A stretch of DNA of 64,000 nt from a virus. Under the pieces are notes generated by a model that did not search any database, was not told the DNA's origin, and worked only from the letters and a program-made list of their open reading frames with translations. The position numbers were made by a program, and so were the translations under genes. The stretch's first letter is position 1; each line of letters begins with the position of its first letter. The stretch spans positions 11,491 to 75,490 of the IMG/VR virus record IMGVR_UViG_3300020433_000671, one strand, 5' to 3'. This document shows positions 1-9,018 of this stretch, one piece after another.

Positions 1-1219
1 TTTTCATCAGAGATGCAGTTTTCTTCTGCAACTCTTTTCTAATCTGAACTATCTTATCGTTTGCTTTAGTTTTTTCAAGACCAATTTGCTGACGAGTCAT
101 CTGTTGTTTCATCTGCTGATCAGTATTCTCTTCGACGTTACGCATATGCTTCATACGCTTATCCATAAAGAACTTACCAGCTTCACCAGGCATAATTCTC
201 TCAATAGAAATATCTCCTCTGTAACGATAGTTAATAAGAAGACGAAGTTTCATACGAAGTTCGGCAGGATTACTTGCATATACAACTGTCTCACCAACCT
301 CAGGAAGTTTTACTTTATATTGAAAGAGACGACTCCTGACTTCCATTCCCTCTTGTAATTTATTACCAGGCATCACTAGTTTATCAGCGTCCTTTTTCTT
401 AAGTTTTTTTCTAAACCTCATGACTGGATCATATCCTGCAACTGGTCCTGTTGCATCTGCTTTACTACTAAATCCAGGTTTACCAGGTGTGCTACCTGTG
501 GTCATCAACTCTTCTTTTTTAAACTTTCCTGGTGTAGGTTTGTGTCCTGATCCAACGTAACCATCCTTTACATCTTTTACATGAGACTTTCTAAATTCTT
601 TCTTACTCTCACCTTTATCTTTGAGACTGTAGATAGATGACTTAGTTAACTTACCACTCTTTCTTCCACCTTTTGCTTGGTAAGCAATGTTGGGTGAATA
701 TTCTTTTAATAGATCGCTAGTACAACTACACATATGTTCTATACCCTCGTTCATTCGGTTGTCATAAAAACTTGGTAATGGATCTTTCTGTATTCTTTTA
801 GCATATTCTTTCTTTGCAACAGCATCCGTTGTTGGAATTTTACCTTCAACTAGATCTCTTACAAATCCCATTGTAGCAGCATTTGCATATAGACTACCAC
901 ATCTTGCGGTAATAGTTTCCTTTAATCCATCGTAAATAATACTACCAGTAACATGACCAAGTGTATCTAGTTTATCACTAGGAACTTTTATTTTCATAAC
1001 AGTATACACATAGTCTCTATGTGGTCCTGGAAAAGCATGTGGGATACTCTCGTCAAGAATGAATGTTTCCATCTCACCCTTTCCAAATGAACCAAGTGTA
1101 TTCCACTTCAACATGGTCTGAGTTACTTCATCTGGTTGACCATACTCTTCTATAAGTTTTTCAGCATATTTCTTTGCGTCTTTATGCTTCCAATTTTTTA
1201 GCGAATCCTTTGAGTTCAT
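1..1219 (-). CDS. Hypothetical modular Lys-rich protein, 3'-truncated by the window edge (not in ORF track)
   Basis: Hand translation from ATG at 1219 (TGATG overlap with the upstream stop) gives MNSKDSLKNWKHKDAKKYAEKLIEEYG..., open to position 1. Internal MNE/LKE/LQE/VEE junctions separate basic modules. Confidence 0.8.
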   Translation of the reverse strand, partial: MNSKDSLKNWKHKDAKKYAEKLIEEYGQPDEVTQTMLKWNTLGSFGKGEMETFILDESIPHAFPGPHRDYVYTVMKIKVPSDKLDTLGHVTGSIIYDGLKETITARCGSLYANAATMGFVRDLVEGKIPTTDAVAKKEYAKRIQKDPLPSFYDNRMNEGIEHMCSCTSDLLKEYSPNIAYQAKGGRKSGKLTKSSIYSLKDKGESKKEFRKSHVKDVKDGYVGSGHKPTPGKFKKEELMTTGSTPGKPGFSSKADATGPVAGYDPVMRFRKKLKKKDADKLVMPGNKLQEGMEVRSRLFQYKVKLPEVGETVVYASNPAELRMKLRLLINYRYRGDISIERIMPGEAGKFFMDKRMKHMRNVEENTDQQMKQQMTRQQIGLEKTKANDKIVQIRKELQKKTASLMK

Positions 1220-1581
1220 CAGAGTTTCTCCAGTTCTTCTTGCAAATCAGGATCCACCTCTAAAGATGGCATCATTCCTATAGGATATTTATTCAAGTAA
1301 AGTAGTAGAGTTTTTATCAAACTCCAATACTCTCTTTCCATCTTAAAAAAAATTAAGGGTGTTGCTGCTTCACCAAAAACATTATAAAGTATGATTAAAT
1401 GATTGATAAGAAGATGAGTTCTTAAAGAACCCCCTCGAACATAACGTTTCAATAATCTTTTAAGATACTTGAAACGTTTCATATCTTCATCAAAATCCTC
1501 CCTCGTCATAGAGGAAGGATTTTCATAATGTTTGATGGCGAAAAGAATGTAATTAGAGTCATTCAGTTCGTCAATTAACAT
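1219..1581 (-). CDS. Conserved hypothetical protein of T4-like phages
   Basis: 120-aa ORF with the recurrent marine T4-like pattern LFAIKHYENP...DMKRFKYLKRLL...HLIILYNVFG; coupled to its neighbours. Confidence 0.8.
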   Translation of the reverse strand: MLIDELNDSNYILFAIKHYENPSSMTREDFDEDMKRFKYLKRLLKRYVRGGSLRTHLLINHLIILYNVFGEAATPLIFFKMEREYWSLIKTLLLYLNKYPIGMMPSLEVDPDLQEELEKL

Positions 1582-2165
1582 TAGCTACCAAATGTGAGTG
1601 TTGCTACGTCGGATATAACTTCTGGAGCACCATTGTTGGAGTTAACTTTAACTCTGTACTGGTTACCATCGTTTGCTGCAGTCTGTCCTGAAAGAACAAG
1701 GTTTGTGCTAGTTGCACCAGATACATTAGAGAATCTACCTGTACTTGCAGTACGTTTCTGCCATTGGAAGGTTGCTGTACCACTGTTGGTTACAGATGCT
1801 ACCACTGCGAATGTTGCTGCACCACTTGAAGTTGTCTTGTCTGTATTGTTTGTAGACAAAGTAATAGTGTTTGCTGCATCTGCTGCGATAGTATCATCAC
1901 TTAGCGTCTCATCAGCATTTGCTTCTGGATTAGTGAGAAACATAAGATGCTCTGCACGATGACGAGTTGCACCAGATACATCAGTATATGTATGATACGC
2001 CCACCAACCAGGTGCTGTAATACCACGACTTTTATTTGCTGCTAACGCTGCTTCTGTTTCGTCACAAAAGACGATAGTTTTTGTAACCGACCCACCGCTA
2101 TTACCAATAGTTAGACCGACAGCAGTCTGGTTAGCAGTGGAGTCAACTCTTCCGTATAAAGACAT
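1581..2165 (-). CDS. Putative virion structural protein with C-terminal Ig-like domain (Hoc-like decoration protein)
   Basis: The C-terminal half has an Ig-like signature (ATFAVVA...TFQWQK...NDGNQYRVKV...ATLT). A TATAAATA late promoter lies at 2193-2200. Confidence 0.7.
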   Translation of the reverse strand: MSLYGRVDSTANQTAVGLTIGNSGGSVTKTIVFCDETEAALAANKSRGITAPGWWAYHTYTDVSGATRHRAEHLMFLTNPEANADETLSDDTIAADAANTITLSTNNTDKTTSSGAATFAVVASVTNSGTATFQWQKRTASTGRFSNVSGATSTNLVLSGQTAANDGNQYRVKVNSNNGAPEVISDVATLTFGS

Positions 2166-2203
2166 GTTTCTCCGACGTGTATTCTGTATGATTATTTATA
2201 AAG

Positions 2204-2395
2204 TTAACTTTCTAGCAGTGCTTTCTCAAGTGCCTCAACTAGTTTGTCATCTACTTTATTGCCTGATTTAGCAGCAGCTTTCTTGAGTAATCCGATAACA
2301 AACACCTTTAGTTTGTCCTCTAGGTCCTCAGGGATTTTATCTACCGCTTTGTTAATAATGTCAATAGCGATAGGGAGTAAAAATTTAGTGATCAT
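2204..2395 (-). CDS. Small hypothetical amphipathic helical protein
   Basis: 63-aa ORF on the coding strand that fills the gap between neighbours. Confidence 0.65.
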   Translation of the reverse strand: MITKFLLPIAIDIINKAVDKIPEDLEDKLKVFVIGLLKKAAAKSGNKVDDKLVEALEKALLES

Positions 2396-2429
2396 AATTT
2401 TGTACCAAGGTAGGTACTCTATATATGCG

Positions 2430-3539
2430 TTAACACTTCCACTTTCTAAGTGCTAATGCTTTACGAGTTGGTCTACCTTTTTCATCTTTCATCGGTCCTT
2501 TAACTCCACTCATACGAGCACAAAAAGATCTCTTTCTAGGACCACCTTCTGGTTGTGGTCGTTTTAAATCAGAACCAGGATTCTCACGTTCGTAAGACTT
2601 TCTACCTTTCTCATTCAAACCACCAGTCTTATTCTTACCTTCCTTGCGTTGCCATGCAGCAGACTTCTCTTGTATTTTTTCTAACTGATCTAATGCTTCA
2701 CTCGACCAATATACATGTGTTTCTGTTTCCTCTCTTTTATATGCAGGTACTTTAGCACCTTTCACACCACGACGTGCTTTGTGTTCTTCTCTACGTTTTT
2801 CAATAGTCTTGCCTCTCTTACCCTCAGGGTCAAACATGCCAGGATCACCATGACCAGGACCCATTCTTCTATAATTTCTGATAGATGCTTTACCGTAATC
2901 ACTACGACCTTTATCTACCTTTGCCTCTGGTAGTACTTCTTCATTTTTAGGACGGCAATCAGGAACTAACTTACCACCTTTCATCTTCATACCTACTTTC
3001 TTATGAGTTTTCCAACATTCTGCTTGAAAATCAGAAAAAGATTTACGTCCTTCAAACTCTTCTTTCTTACTACTATTACCCCAGTTTGCAGCACCAACTT
3101 TACGACACTTAACTAATGCACCTGATGCATAAGCACTTGGCCATACTGAATATCTTGACTTAACCTTATGGTAACAGGCATCTTTACTACCACTACCTTT
3201 ACCTTTTTTATCCTTGGTTTCGGAGATTTGAGTTTCTTCTTTCATTTTTTTCTTGGGTTTGTCAGTTGAAACATAAGTTGGTTTTGCAGCACCTGATTTA
3301 GATTGTTGATTAGGATCTGCTTTCTTTTTGCGACGAGCAGCAGATAATCTTTCTGACTTGCTCATGCTTGCTCTCTTTGCTGAGGACACACATTTAGGAG
3401 TTCCCTCACCTGGTTCATCACTTGCACAAGTTCCACCAGTTACTACGTTAACCCAACCACCTTTACCATCCTTGGATTTAGAACCCTTGAACCATTTGTG
3501 GAGTGAACCTTCGTCGATTAGCTGGTGAAAATTTTTCAT
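2430..3539 (-). CDS. Lys-rich modular putative internal head polyprotein
   Basis: Start at 3539 (ATGA overlap). N-terminus MKNFHQLIDE resembles the T4 capsid-targeting sequence. Basic Cys/Trp modules are separated by acidic xxE linkers. Confidence 0.7.
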   Translation of the reverse strand: MKNFHQLIDEGSLHKWFKGSKSKDGKGGWVNVVTGGTCASDEPGEGTPKCVSSAKRASMSKSERLSAARRKKKADPNQQSKSGAAKPTYVSTDKPKKKMKEETQISETKDKKGKGSGSKDACYHKVKSRYSVWPSAYASGALVKCRKVGAANWGNSSKKEEFEGRKSFSDFQAECWKTHKKVGMKMKGGKLVPDCRPKNEEVLPEAKVDKGRSDYGKASIRNYRRMGPGHGDPGMFDPEGKRGKTIEKRREEHKARRGVKGAKVPAYKREETETHVYWSSEALDQLEKIQEKSAAWQRKEGKNKTGGLNEKGRKSYERENPGSDLKRPQPEGGPRKRSFCARMSGVKGPMKDEKGRPTRKALALRKWKC

Positions 3540-3754
3540 GACCACGTTTTACCCATATCTTCTATAGTGCAGTTGGCGATAGGAGAGTCGCTGATTAATG
3601 TTTTAAATACATATTCAGTCATAACAGAATTCTGGTATAACATCTGAGAAGAGTAAGTTTTACCTTTAAAATCTTCTCTAACAGCGTCTGCTTCTGCATT
3701 ATTAGTAGCATAACCATTACCAATAAGAAATTGTCTTGCTTCTGTGGGTGTCAT
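3536..3754 (-). CDS. Hypothetical protein
   Basis: 72-aa ORF with ATGA overlaps at both ends. Confidence 0.7.
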   Translation of the reverse strand: MTPTEARQFLIGNGYATNNAEADAVREDFKGKTYSSQMLYQNSVMTEYVFKTLISDSPIANCTIEDMGKTWS

Positions 3755-4566
3755 GATCCTAATCCTCTACCTTTATCGTAGTTGTCTTTTCCACCATACC
3801 TTGCCATGGTATTAACATAATCTTGAGAAGATTTAAATCCTCTCTTCTTAGCATCAGCAGCAGTTTGTTTTTTAACATCTGCTGCTTTCTTATACTTACC
3901 AGTACCTGCAGTAGATTTTTGACCCTTTACTTTCTTTTGTTGTCTGCTGCCACCTGTCATGACTGCACCTTTACCATGTTCTTTCCTGATTTTATCAAGA
4001 ACGAATGACAATGCAGCATCCTTAGGTTTGTTCCCAGATGGTTTTTTAGTTCCACCCTTATCGTAACCCGTTTCTTTTTTAAGTCGGGTTGCTTCATGGA
4101 ATTGTCCAAAGGTCAAGATCGAATTTTCAGTGCTCTCTTTTGTGCTTTTTTCTGAAACTTCTTCTTGACTGTCATAGGTTTTAGATTCAAAGTGAGGGTT
4201 TTTCATTTGCGGACCTTTCATAAGCTCTTTACGAGCCTTCTCATTATTTTTTTGACGTTTTTTAAAGTCCGTCTCTAAGTATGTATCATCTTTTTTCTTT
4301 CCTTCTTCTACTTCTTTTTTCTTTCCATAAGTTATACAAGGATCTTGTCCACATCCACAATTTTTTGGTTTCTTTTCTTCATGTACATATCCCAATTTCT
4401 TGTACTTGTCATGGTCAGCCATACTGTTGGCTTTATACTTCTTCCCAGTCTTCTTATCAATCATGATGTGAGGTTTAAACTCTTTCTCCATCACATCTGT
4501 AACTTTAGGATTGATCTTAACTCCTGTCTTCTTTTTTTCGTTTAGTTCTTTAAAACTAAGCATCAT
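3751..4566 (-). CDS. Lys-rich modular putative internal head polyprotein
   Basis: Likely start MMLSFKELNE, after a GAGG RBS. Contains an internal CTS-like ILTFGQFHE and basic modules. Confidence 0.7.
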   Translation of the reverse strand: MMLSFKELNEKKKTGVKINPKVTDVMEKEFKPHIMIDKKTGKKYKANSMADHDKYKKLGYVHEEKKPKNCGCGQDPCITYGKKKEVEEGKKKDDTYLETDFKKRQKNNEKARKELMKGPQMKNPHFESKTYDSQEEVSEKSTKESTENSILTFGQFHEATRLKKETGYDKGGTKKPSGNKPKDAALSFVLDKIRKEHGKGAVMTGGSRQQKKVKGQKSTAGTGKYKKAADVKKQTAADAKKRGFKSSQDYVNTMARYGGKDNYDKGRGLGS

Positions 4567-5263
4567 CCTCTGCCTCGTCGTGAATAACATGCTCATGCAT
4601 GCCTCCCTCCAAGATTTCTAGTTTAGAAACTGGAACATGTTTTTCAATACCATGCTCAAAGAAAACGTCATAGTGTTGTACTACACCATTCTCATCAAGG
4701 TCATGCATTCCTTTGATACAATTACCAACACCAAACTCCTCATGTTTTACTTTTGATGCACAGTCATGCTTTTTCTTTTTCTTACTACCATATCCTTCAC
4801 CCATCTCTTCTTTCTTCTTCTTCTTTTTCTTCATATCACCATCATGTGATCCTCCACAATTTTCTCCAAGAACCTCCAAGTTCTTATCGTAGTTAACATA
4901 ATGCTCGTGTGGACCTTCTTGAATAATTTCTAATTCTTCTACAGGCACATTCTCCATAATAAAATTACCATCAGTAATATCATAATGAGTTACAGTACCA
5001 TCTTCCAATAGTGTATGTGCTTCTGGAATTACATCATACTCTCTGTCTTCCATCTTAACTTTAGACGCACAAAGGTGAGTCTTCTTACCCATCGCCTTAG
5101 CAATAGTCTTACGACGATTCAATAGATAAGAATCACTCTTATCTTTATCACCATCATTATCCATGTCACCATCTTCTTTACCGACAGGATCTAATTTTTT
5201 CTTTTCATACATTTGCACTTGTTTCAGTGCTTCCGAAAAATCGGGTAGTTCTCTAAGATTCAT
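4556..5263 (-). CDS. Hypothetical protein with a duplicated His/Cys domain and a DxDxDG loop
   Basis: Two copies of H-x-CASKVK...H-x-L-x-E-x-G-x-V-x-HYD...VPV-x-x-LEI...HEH, plus DGDMDNDGDKD. Confidence 0.75.
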   Translation of the reverse strand: MNLRELPDFSEALKQVQMYEKKKLDPVGKEDGDMDNDGDKDKSDSYLLNRRKTIAKAMGKKTHLCASKVKMEDREYDVIPEAHTLLEDGTVTHYDITDGNFIMENVPVEELEIIQEGPHEHYVNYDKNLEVLGENCGGSHDGDMKKKKKKKEEMGEGYGSKKKKKHDCASKVKHEEFGVGNCIKGMHDLDENGVVQHYDVFFEHGIEKHVPVSKLEILEGGMHEHVIHDEAEDDA

Positions 5264-5267
5264 GGTA

Positions 5268-6422
5268 CTATCTGTCCTTGTCCCTTTTATTTAGCTTACG
5301 AATGAATTCACCTGGTGTTAATCTTTTCATATAATTGGCAAGTTTATCTGTACCAATCTCACCAGCAGGTTTATAATTAAAAAACTTAAGTTTATTTATT
5401 TCCACTAAGTCTTTTAACCAAGTACGAAAAAGATGATCAGACTCATCAATAGAGATGACGTAATTGCTACCACGACTAACAACTTTAGAAATGACTCCTG
5501 TATTATCGTTCTCGACATAAGATCCCACCTTAAATAAATTTGAATTGAAATATGCTTCACGAAGACCTTGAGGATCTAACTTAGGAGCAATCTCATACAG
5601 ATCGTATGATGCTTCAGCAAAATCATCAAACTCTTCTACTTGCATTGCTTGACGTAAAGTTGTATATAACTTTTCCGTGCCATCTTTACCTAAACTTTTT
5701 GTCATTCCTCGTTTAAAGGAATCAAAATCATCTTCTGCTGCTGCCTTACGAAGTTTAGATGCAGACATACCTTCTACACCTTCACCATCTGGGTCTCTTG
5801 CTCCCGCAGAAACTACATTGATCTCATCAAATGTGTATAGATCTCCATTGTATTTCTGTGCAAGACTATTAAACTCACTAACTCTATCACCACCCACTAC
5901 CAAATTAACTGTGCTATATCCCTCAGAGTCAAGAGTGCTAAGAACATCAAAGATAGTTCTCATATCTTCATTGTTTTGAATAGCATTAGCATGATCAGGA
6001 TATGCTTGCTTCATGAATCCAATTTTAGTTCCTGCATCAAGAGGATTCTTCTTAGGATCTTCAGATCTAGATGGATATATTCTATACTCTCCTCCACTAG
6101 ATTTTGCCTGTTGAGCAACTCTATTTAAAAGTTTCTCATGTCCAACAGTAGGTGGATTAAATCTTCCAAATGTAACAGATATGCTACCTTGATCGACCTG
6201 ACCCTCGCCAGCTCCCGTTTCTTCTCCTCCATTTTGCTGTGTTTGTGCTGCTGCCTGTTGACCAGACACCTTTACTAGTTTACCGTCCTTAGAAATGTGG
6301 GTGACGTTGCCATTTACATCGGCATACTTACCATACCCTACATGCTTAAGTTTTAATTTCTCTGCTTCTTTTGCAGCGAAGGATCTTTCGGCTTCAGTTA
6401 GGAAAGCACTGAACTTTTTCAT
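5268..6422 (-). CDS. HxGH-family nucleotidyltransferase (cytidylyltransferase/NMNAT-like)
   Basis: FGRFNPPTVGH (T/HxGH motif), VVGGDR and GMSASKLR. N-terminus is MKKFSAFLTE. Confidence 0.85.
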   Translation of the reverse strand: MKKFSAFLTEAERSFAAKEAEKLKLKHVGYGKYADVNGNVTHISKDGKLVKVSGQQAAAQTQQNGGEETGAGEGQVDQGSISVTFGRFNPPTVGHEKLLNRVAQQAKSSGGEYRIYPSRSEDPKKNPLDAGTKIGFMKQAYPDHANAIQNNEDMRTIFDVLSTLDSEGYSTVNLVVGGDRVSEFNSLAQKYNGDLYTFDEINVVSAGARDPDGEGVEGMSASKLRKAAAEDDFDSFKRGMTKSLGKDGTEKLYTTLRQAMQVEEFDDFAEASYDLYEIAPKLDPQGLREAYFNSNLFKVGSYVENDNTGVISKVVSRGSNYVISIDESDHLFRTWLKDLVEINKLKFFNYKPAGEIGTDKLANYMKRLTPGEFIRKLNKRDKDR

Positions 6423-7323
6423 TCTGCCAATTCTTACTAAGGTTAAAGTTTGCTCTACTAAAAGTTAGTCTATCCACTATCTTGTAAGGATTGGTTGAAA
6501 CCGTAACGAACCCCTCATGTTGAGAAAGTTCTCCATCGATGTAACATTCAACATTTCCATTTACAACAATAGCACCGAGTAGACGCTGTTTCAGTTGGAA
6601 GATTTTATGCCATACCTTAAAGGTACTTACATTTACTTCTCCCTTATATTTAGCATCTAACGTATCATACATTTTTTGAGGATGCGGAAGTTTGCCTTGT
6701 CTTACGAATGAATTGATATGTTTTGCTATCTCAGTGCGGGATTGTGGAACCTTTGCAACCATGAGTGTAGGTAGTATCTTTGCTAGATGTCTCCATCCCA
6801 AGGGTGGTTCTACAGTAGCATTGTTAGTATCAACAAAGTAGCAACTAGAAGTGCTATCAAGACTAACTCCTATCTTACCTTCAGCAGTAGAACTGAGTTC
6901 TGTATACTCTGTATGTGGTGCTAGAATAATTTTTTCAGAAATCTTATGACCAAACTTATACTGAATAGTATTAGGACAATAAACATTCCCCCCACCGACA
7001 CCGATCCAATCAGCTTGGATAATACGATTGATGCGAGGAAGGTTATCAAGACATAACCTAAGAATGTCAGAGACAGTGCCTTGATGATTCTTATCAATGT
7101 CTTCATGACTGTAATTGATTTTGATTTTACGTTTGTTGAAGACGGACTTGGTGCCCACAAAGAACTTACCATTCTCAGGATTAGTACCAAACACTATGGC
7201 AGGAGCACCATCCCATTTGACAGACAGTCTAGTAACTGTCACAAGTTCTTTGATGGCATCTATTGCAACCTTACGTCCTTGAAGGATTGAATCTTCTGGG
7301 TGTTCAAGGTGTTTGTTGGGCAT
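6394..7323 (-). CDS. Conserved phage protein with ATP-dependent ligase-like nucleotidyltransferase motifs
   Basis: Start re-assigned to MPNKHLEH (7323), downstream of TATAAT. Motifs KWDG, HEGFV and YKIVDR. Confidence 0.7.
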   Translation of the reverse strand: MPNKHLEHPEDSILQGRKVAIDAIKELVTVTRLSVKWDGAPAIVFGTNPENGKFFVGTKSVFNKRKIKINYSHEDIDKNHQGTVSDILRLCLDNLPRINRIIQADWIGVGGGNVYCPNTIQYKFGHKISEKIILAPHTEYTELSSTAEGKIGVSLDSTSSCYFVDTNNATVEPPLGWRHLAKILPTLMVAKVPQSRTEIAKHINSFVRQGKLPHPQKMYDTLDAKYKGEVNVSTFKVWHKIFQLKQRLLGAIVVNGNVECYIDGELSQHEGFVTVSTNPYKIVDRLTFSRANFNLSKNWQNEKVQCFPN

Positions 7324-7345
7324 CTCAACCGTTTCTGATACCCAT

Positions 7346-7400
7346 ATTATACTACATCCACACGCTGTTTTGGGTTTCATTGTGCCACTTTTCTTACTGG
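7346..7400 (-). promoter_or_regulatory. Early promoter with upstream bipartite motif
   Basis: CCAGT-AAGAA-AAGTGGCAC ... TATAAT, upstream of 7323. Confidence 0.6.
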
Positions 7401-8788
7401 AGTTTCCAATACACAGACGACTTATCTGACTGTGAAGATGCGTACAAATATATTTCTTTTATGATCTGGTCAGAATCTTTATGAGAGGATACCCAATCTA
7501 AAAATTTTAATCCAGTATATTTACTATACTTCCATGCTTGTTCTGCTGTTTTAATCCATGCCATGTCAGTTCCTTTATTCTTTAAACCCTTTGCTTTATA
7601 TTTCACCAGTAACTTATATATTTCCTCATCTAACTTATTAGTCTTAGCTTTACTCCAAGTATCTGTTGCACCATACTCAGGTAGTGTGCCAAACTTACCA
7701 TCCTTTAATAATTCTTGTACTTTCTTACCTTGTATTTTACCTTGTGCAGCAGATTTACCTTTCAATTCTAACTTCCAATCACCTTTTGTAGGACCACCAA
7801 AGTTTCTTGCTTGAAATTTTTCAAAATTACCTGTGCCATAGTACACATAAACATCCATGGGATGACTATCACCTTTCCTACCATTATCGAATGTCAAATC
7901 ATACTTTACAAAAGATGCTTTTTCGTTTGCTTTTCTTTCAGAGGGAGGTCTATCATTTAACAATTTCATATTAGGTCTACCTTCAATTTTTTTCAAAGAT
8001 ATACCAACTAACTCCCCCTCTGCTCTCAATTGTAATAGAGCATTGTTTAAACAATCAATAGTAGTTTCTTTATCAAGATGTTTTTTTACTTTGGTCTTAT
8101 CTTTCACCATCCATATATCAGAAGGATTCCATTTATCTTCTGATGATAAGTTAGTTTGATTCTTCACTCTATTGAATGCATTCTTAACTGCACCATCATC
8201 AATAATAGAATCACCTCTAACAAATGTCCATCCTTTACCACCTACCTTACCAAATATTGTATTAGCACCTGCCCAAGATGATTCTTGCCAATCTTTTCCT
8301 AGTGAAATAATTTCACTTAACTTAGCAGTTACATCACAATATCTCATACCACATTTAAAATCCTCTTCAGTAAACGCTTTTTTCTTTTCTATATTAGGAC
8401 AGTAATATCTCATAGCAGCATAGACACATTGTGCAGATTCTACTAGTGCAGTTTGTGCAGCACCACCACCAGATCCTTTACTATTTTCTGGTTTAACTTC
8501 TATTCTAATAACTTGTTTTTCTCTTATCGGAATATCTAAGGCAGTGCCTTTTGTATTAGTTGTAATTCCTGGATATTTTTCATCTAATGCACCTTTTATA
8601 TTTTCAACTGCTGCAAGTCTTTTTGTTTGAGGAACAAAAACTTTTAATGCTATCTGAACTTTCTTGGTTGAATCCTTGTCCTCTACATTCTTAACATCAA
8701 ATAGGTAATAAGAATAATCATCACCCCCCAATGCCTGCATTACATCTTCAAAAGCAGTTCTGTTTATTGGGGGTATTGTTATTGCCAT
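7394..8788 (-). CDS. Putative PD-(D/E)xK-like endonuclease
   Basis: 464 aa with LVESAQC...DKWNPSDIW...GISLKK. A late promoter lies upstream. Confidence 0.55.
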   Translation of the reverse strand: MAITIPPINRTAFEDVMQALGGDDYSYYLFDVKNVEDKDSTKKVQIALKVFVPQTKRLAAVENIKGALDEKYPGITTNTKGTALDIPIREKQVIRIEVKPENSKGSGGGAAQTALVESAQCVYAAMRYYCPNIEKKKAFTEEDFKCGMRYCDVTAKLSEIISLGKDWQESSWAGANTIFGKVGGKGWTFVRGDSIIDDGAVKNAFNRVKNQTNLSSEDKWNPSDIWMVKDKTKVKKHLDKETTIDCLNNALLQLRAEGELVGISLKKIEGRPNMKLLNDRPPSERKANEKASFVKYDLTFDNGRKGDSHPMDVYVYYGTGNFEKFQARNFGGPTKGDWKLELKGKSAAQGKIQGKKVQELLKDGKFGTLPEYGATDTWSKAKTNKLDEEIYKLLVKYKAKGLKNKGTDMAWIKTAEQAWKYSKYTGLKFLDWVSSHKDSDQIIKEIYLYASSQSDKSSVYWKLQ

Positions 8789-8808
8789 TAGTCAGACACA
8801 GGTCTCCA

Positions 8809-9018
8809 CTAATATTTATTGTCTATATTATCATCTAATGCTTGTTCTGCATGTTCCAGTATAGGAACTATATGTATGATATTATCAATGTTAGCCATCA
8901 TATCCGCAATGTGCTTTGCAATGTATGGTTTTTCAGTACGTGCTGCAAATGATAATGCGTTACGTAGGTTCTGTTGTGCTTCCTTTAATGAAGTCTCTAC
9001 TTGTTGGGATAGTGCCAT
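8809..9018 (-). CDS. Conserved cyanophage hypothetical protein
   Basis: Likely start MALSQQVETSLKEAQQNLRNALSFAAR. Confidence 0.7.
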   Translation of the reverse strand: MALSQQVETSLKEAQQNLRNALSFAARTEKPYIAKHIADMMANIDNIIHIVPILEHAEQALDDNIDNKY

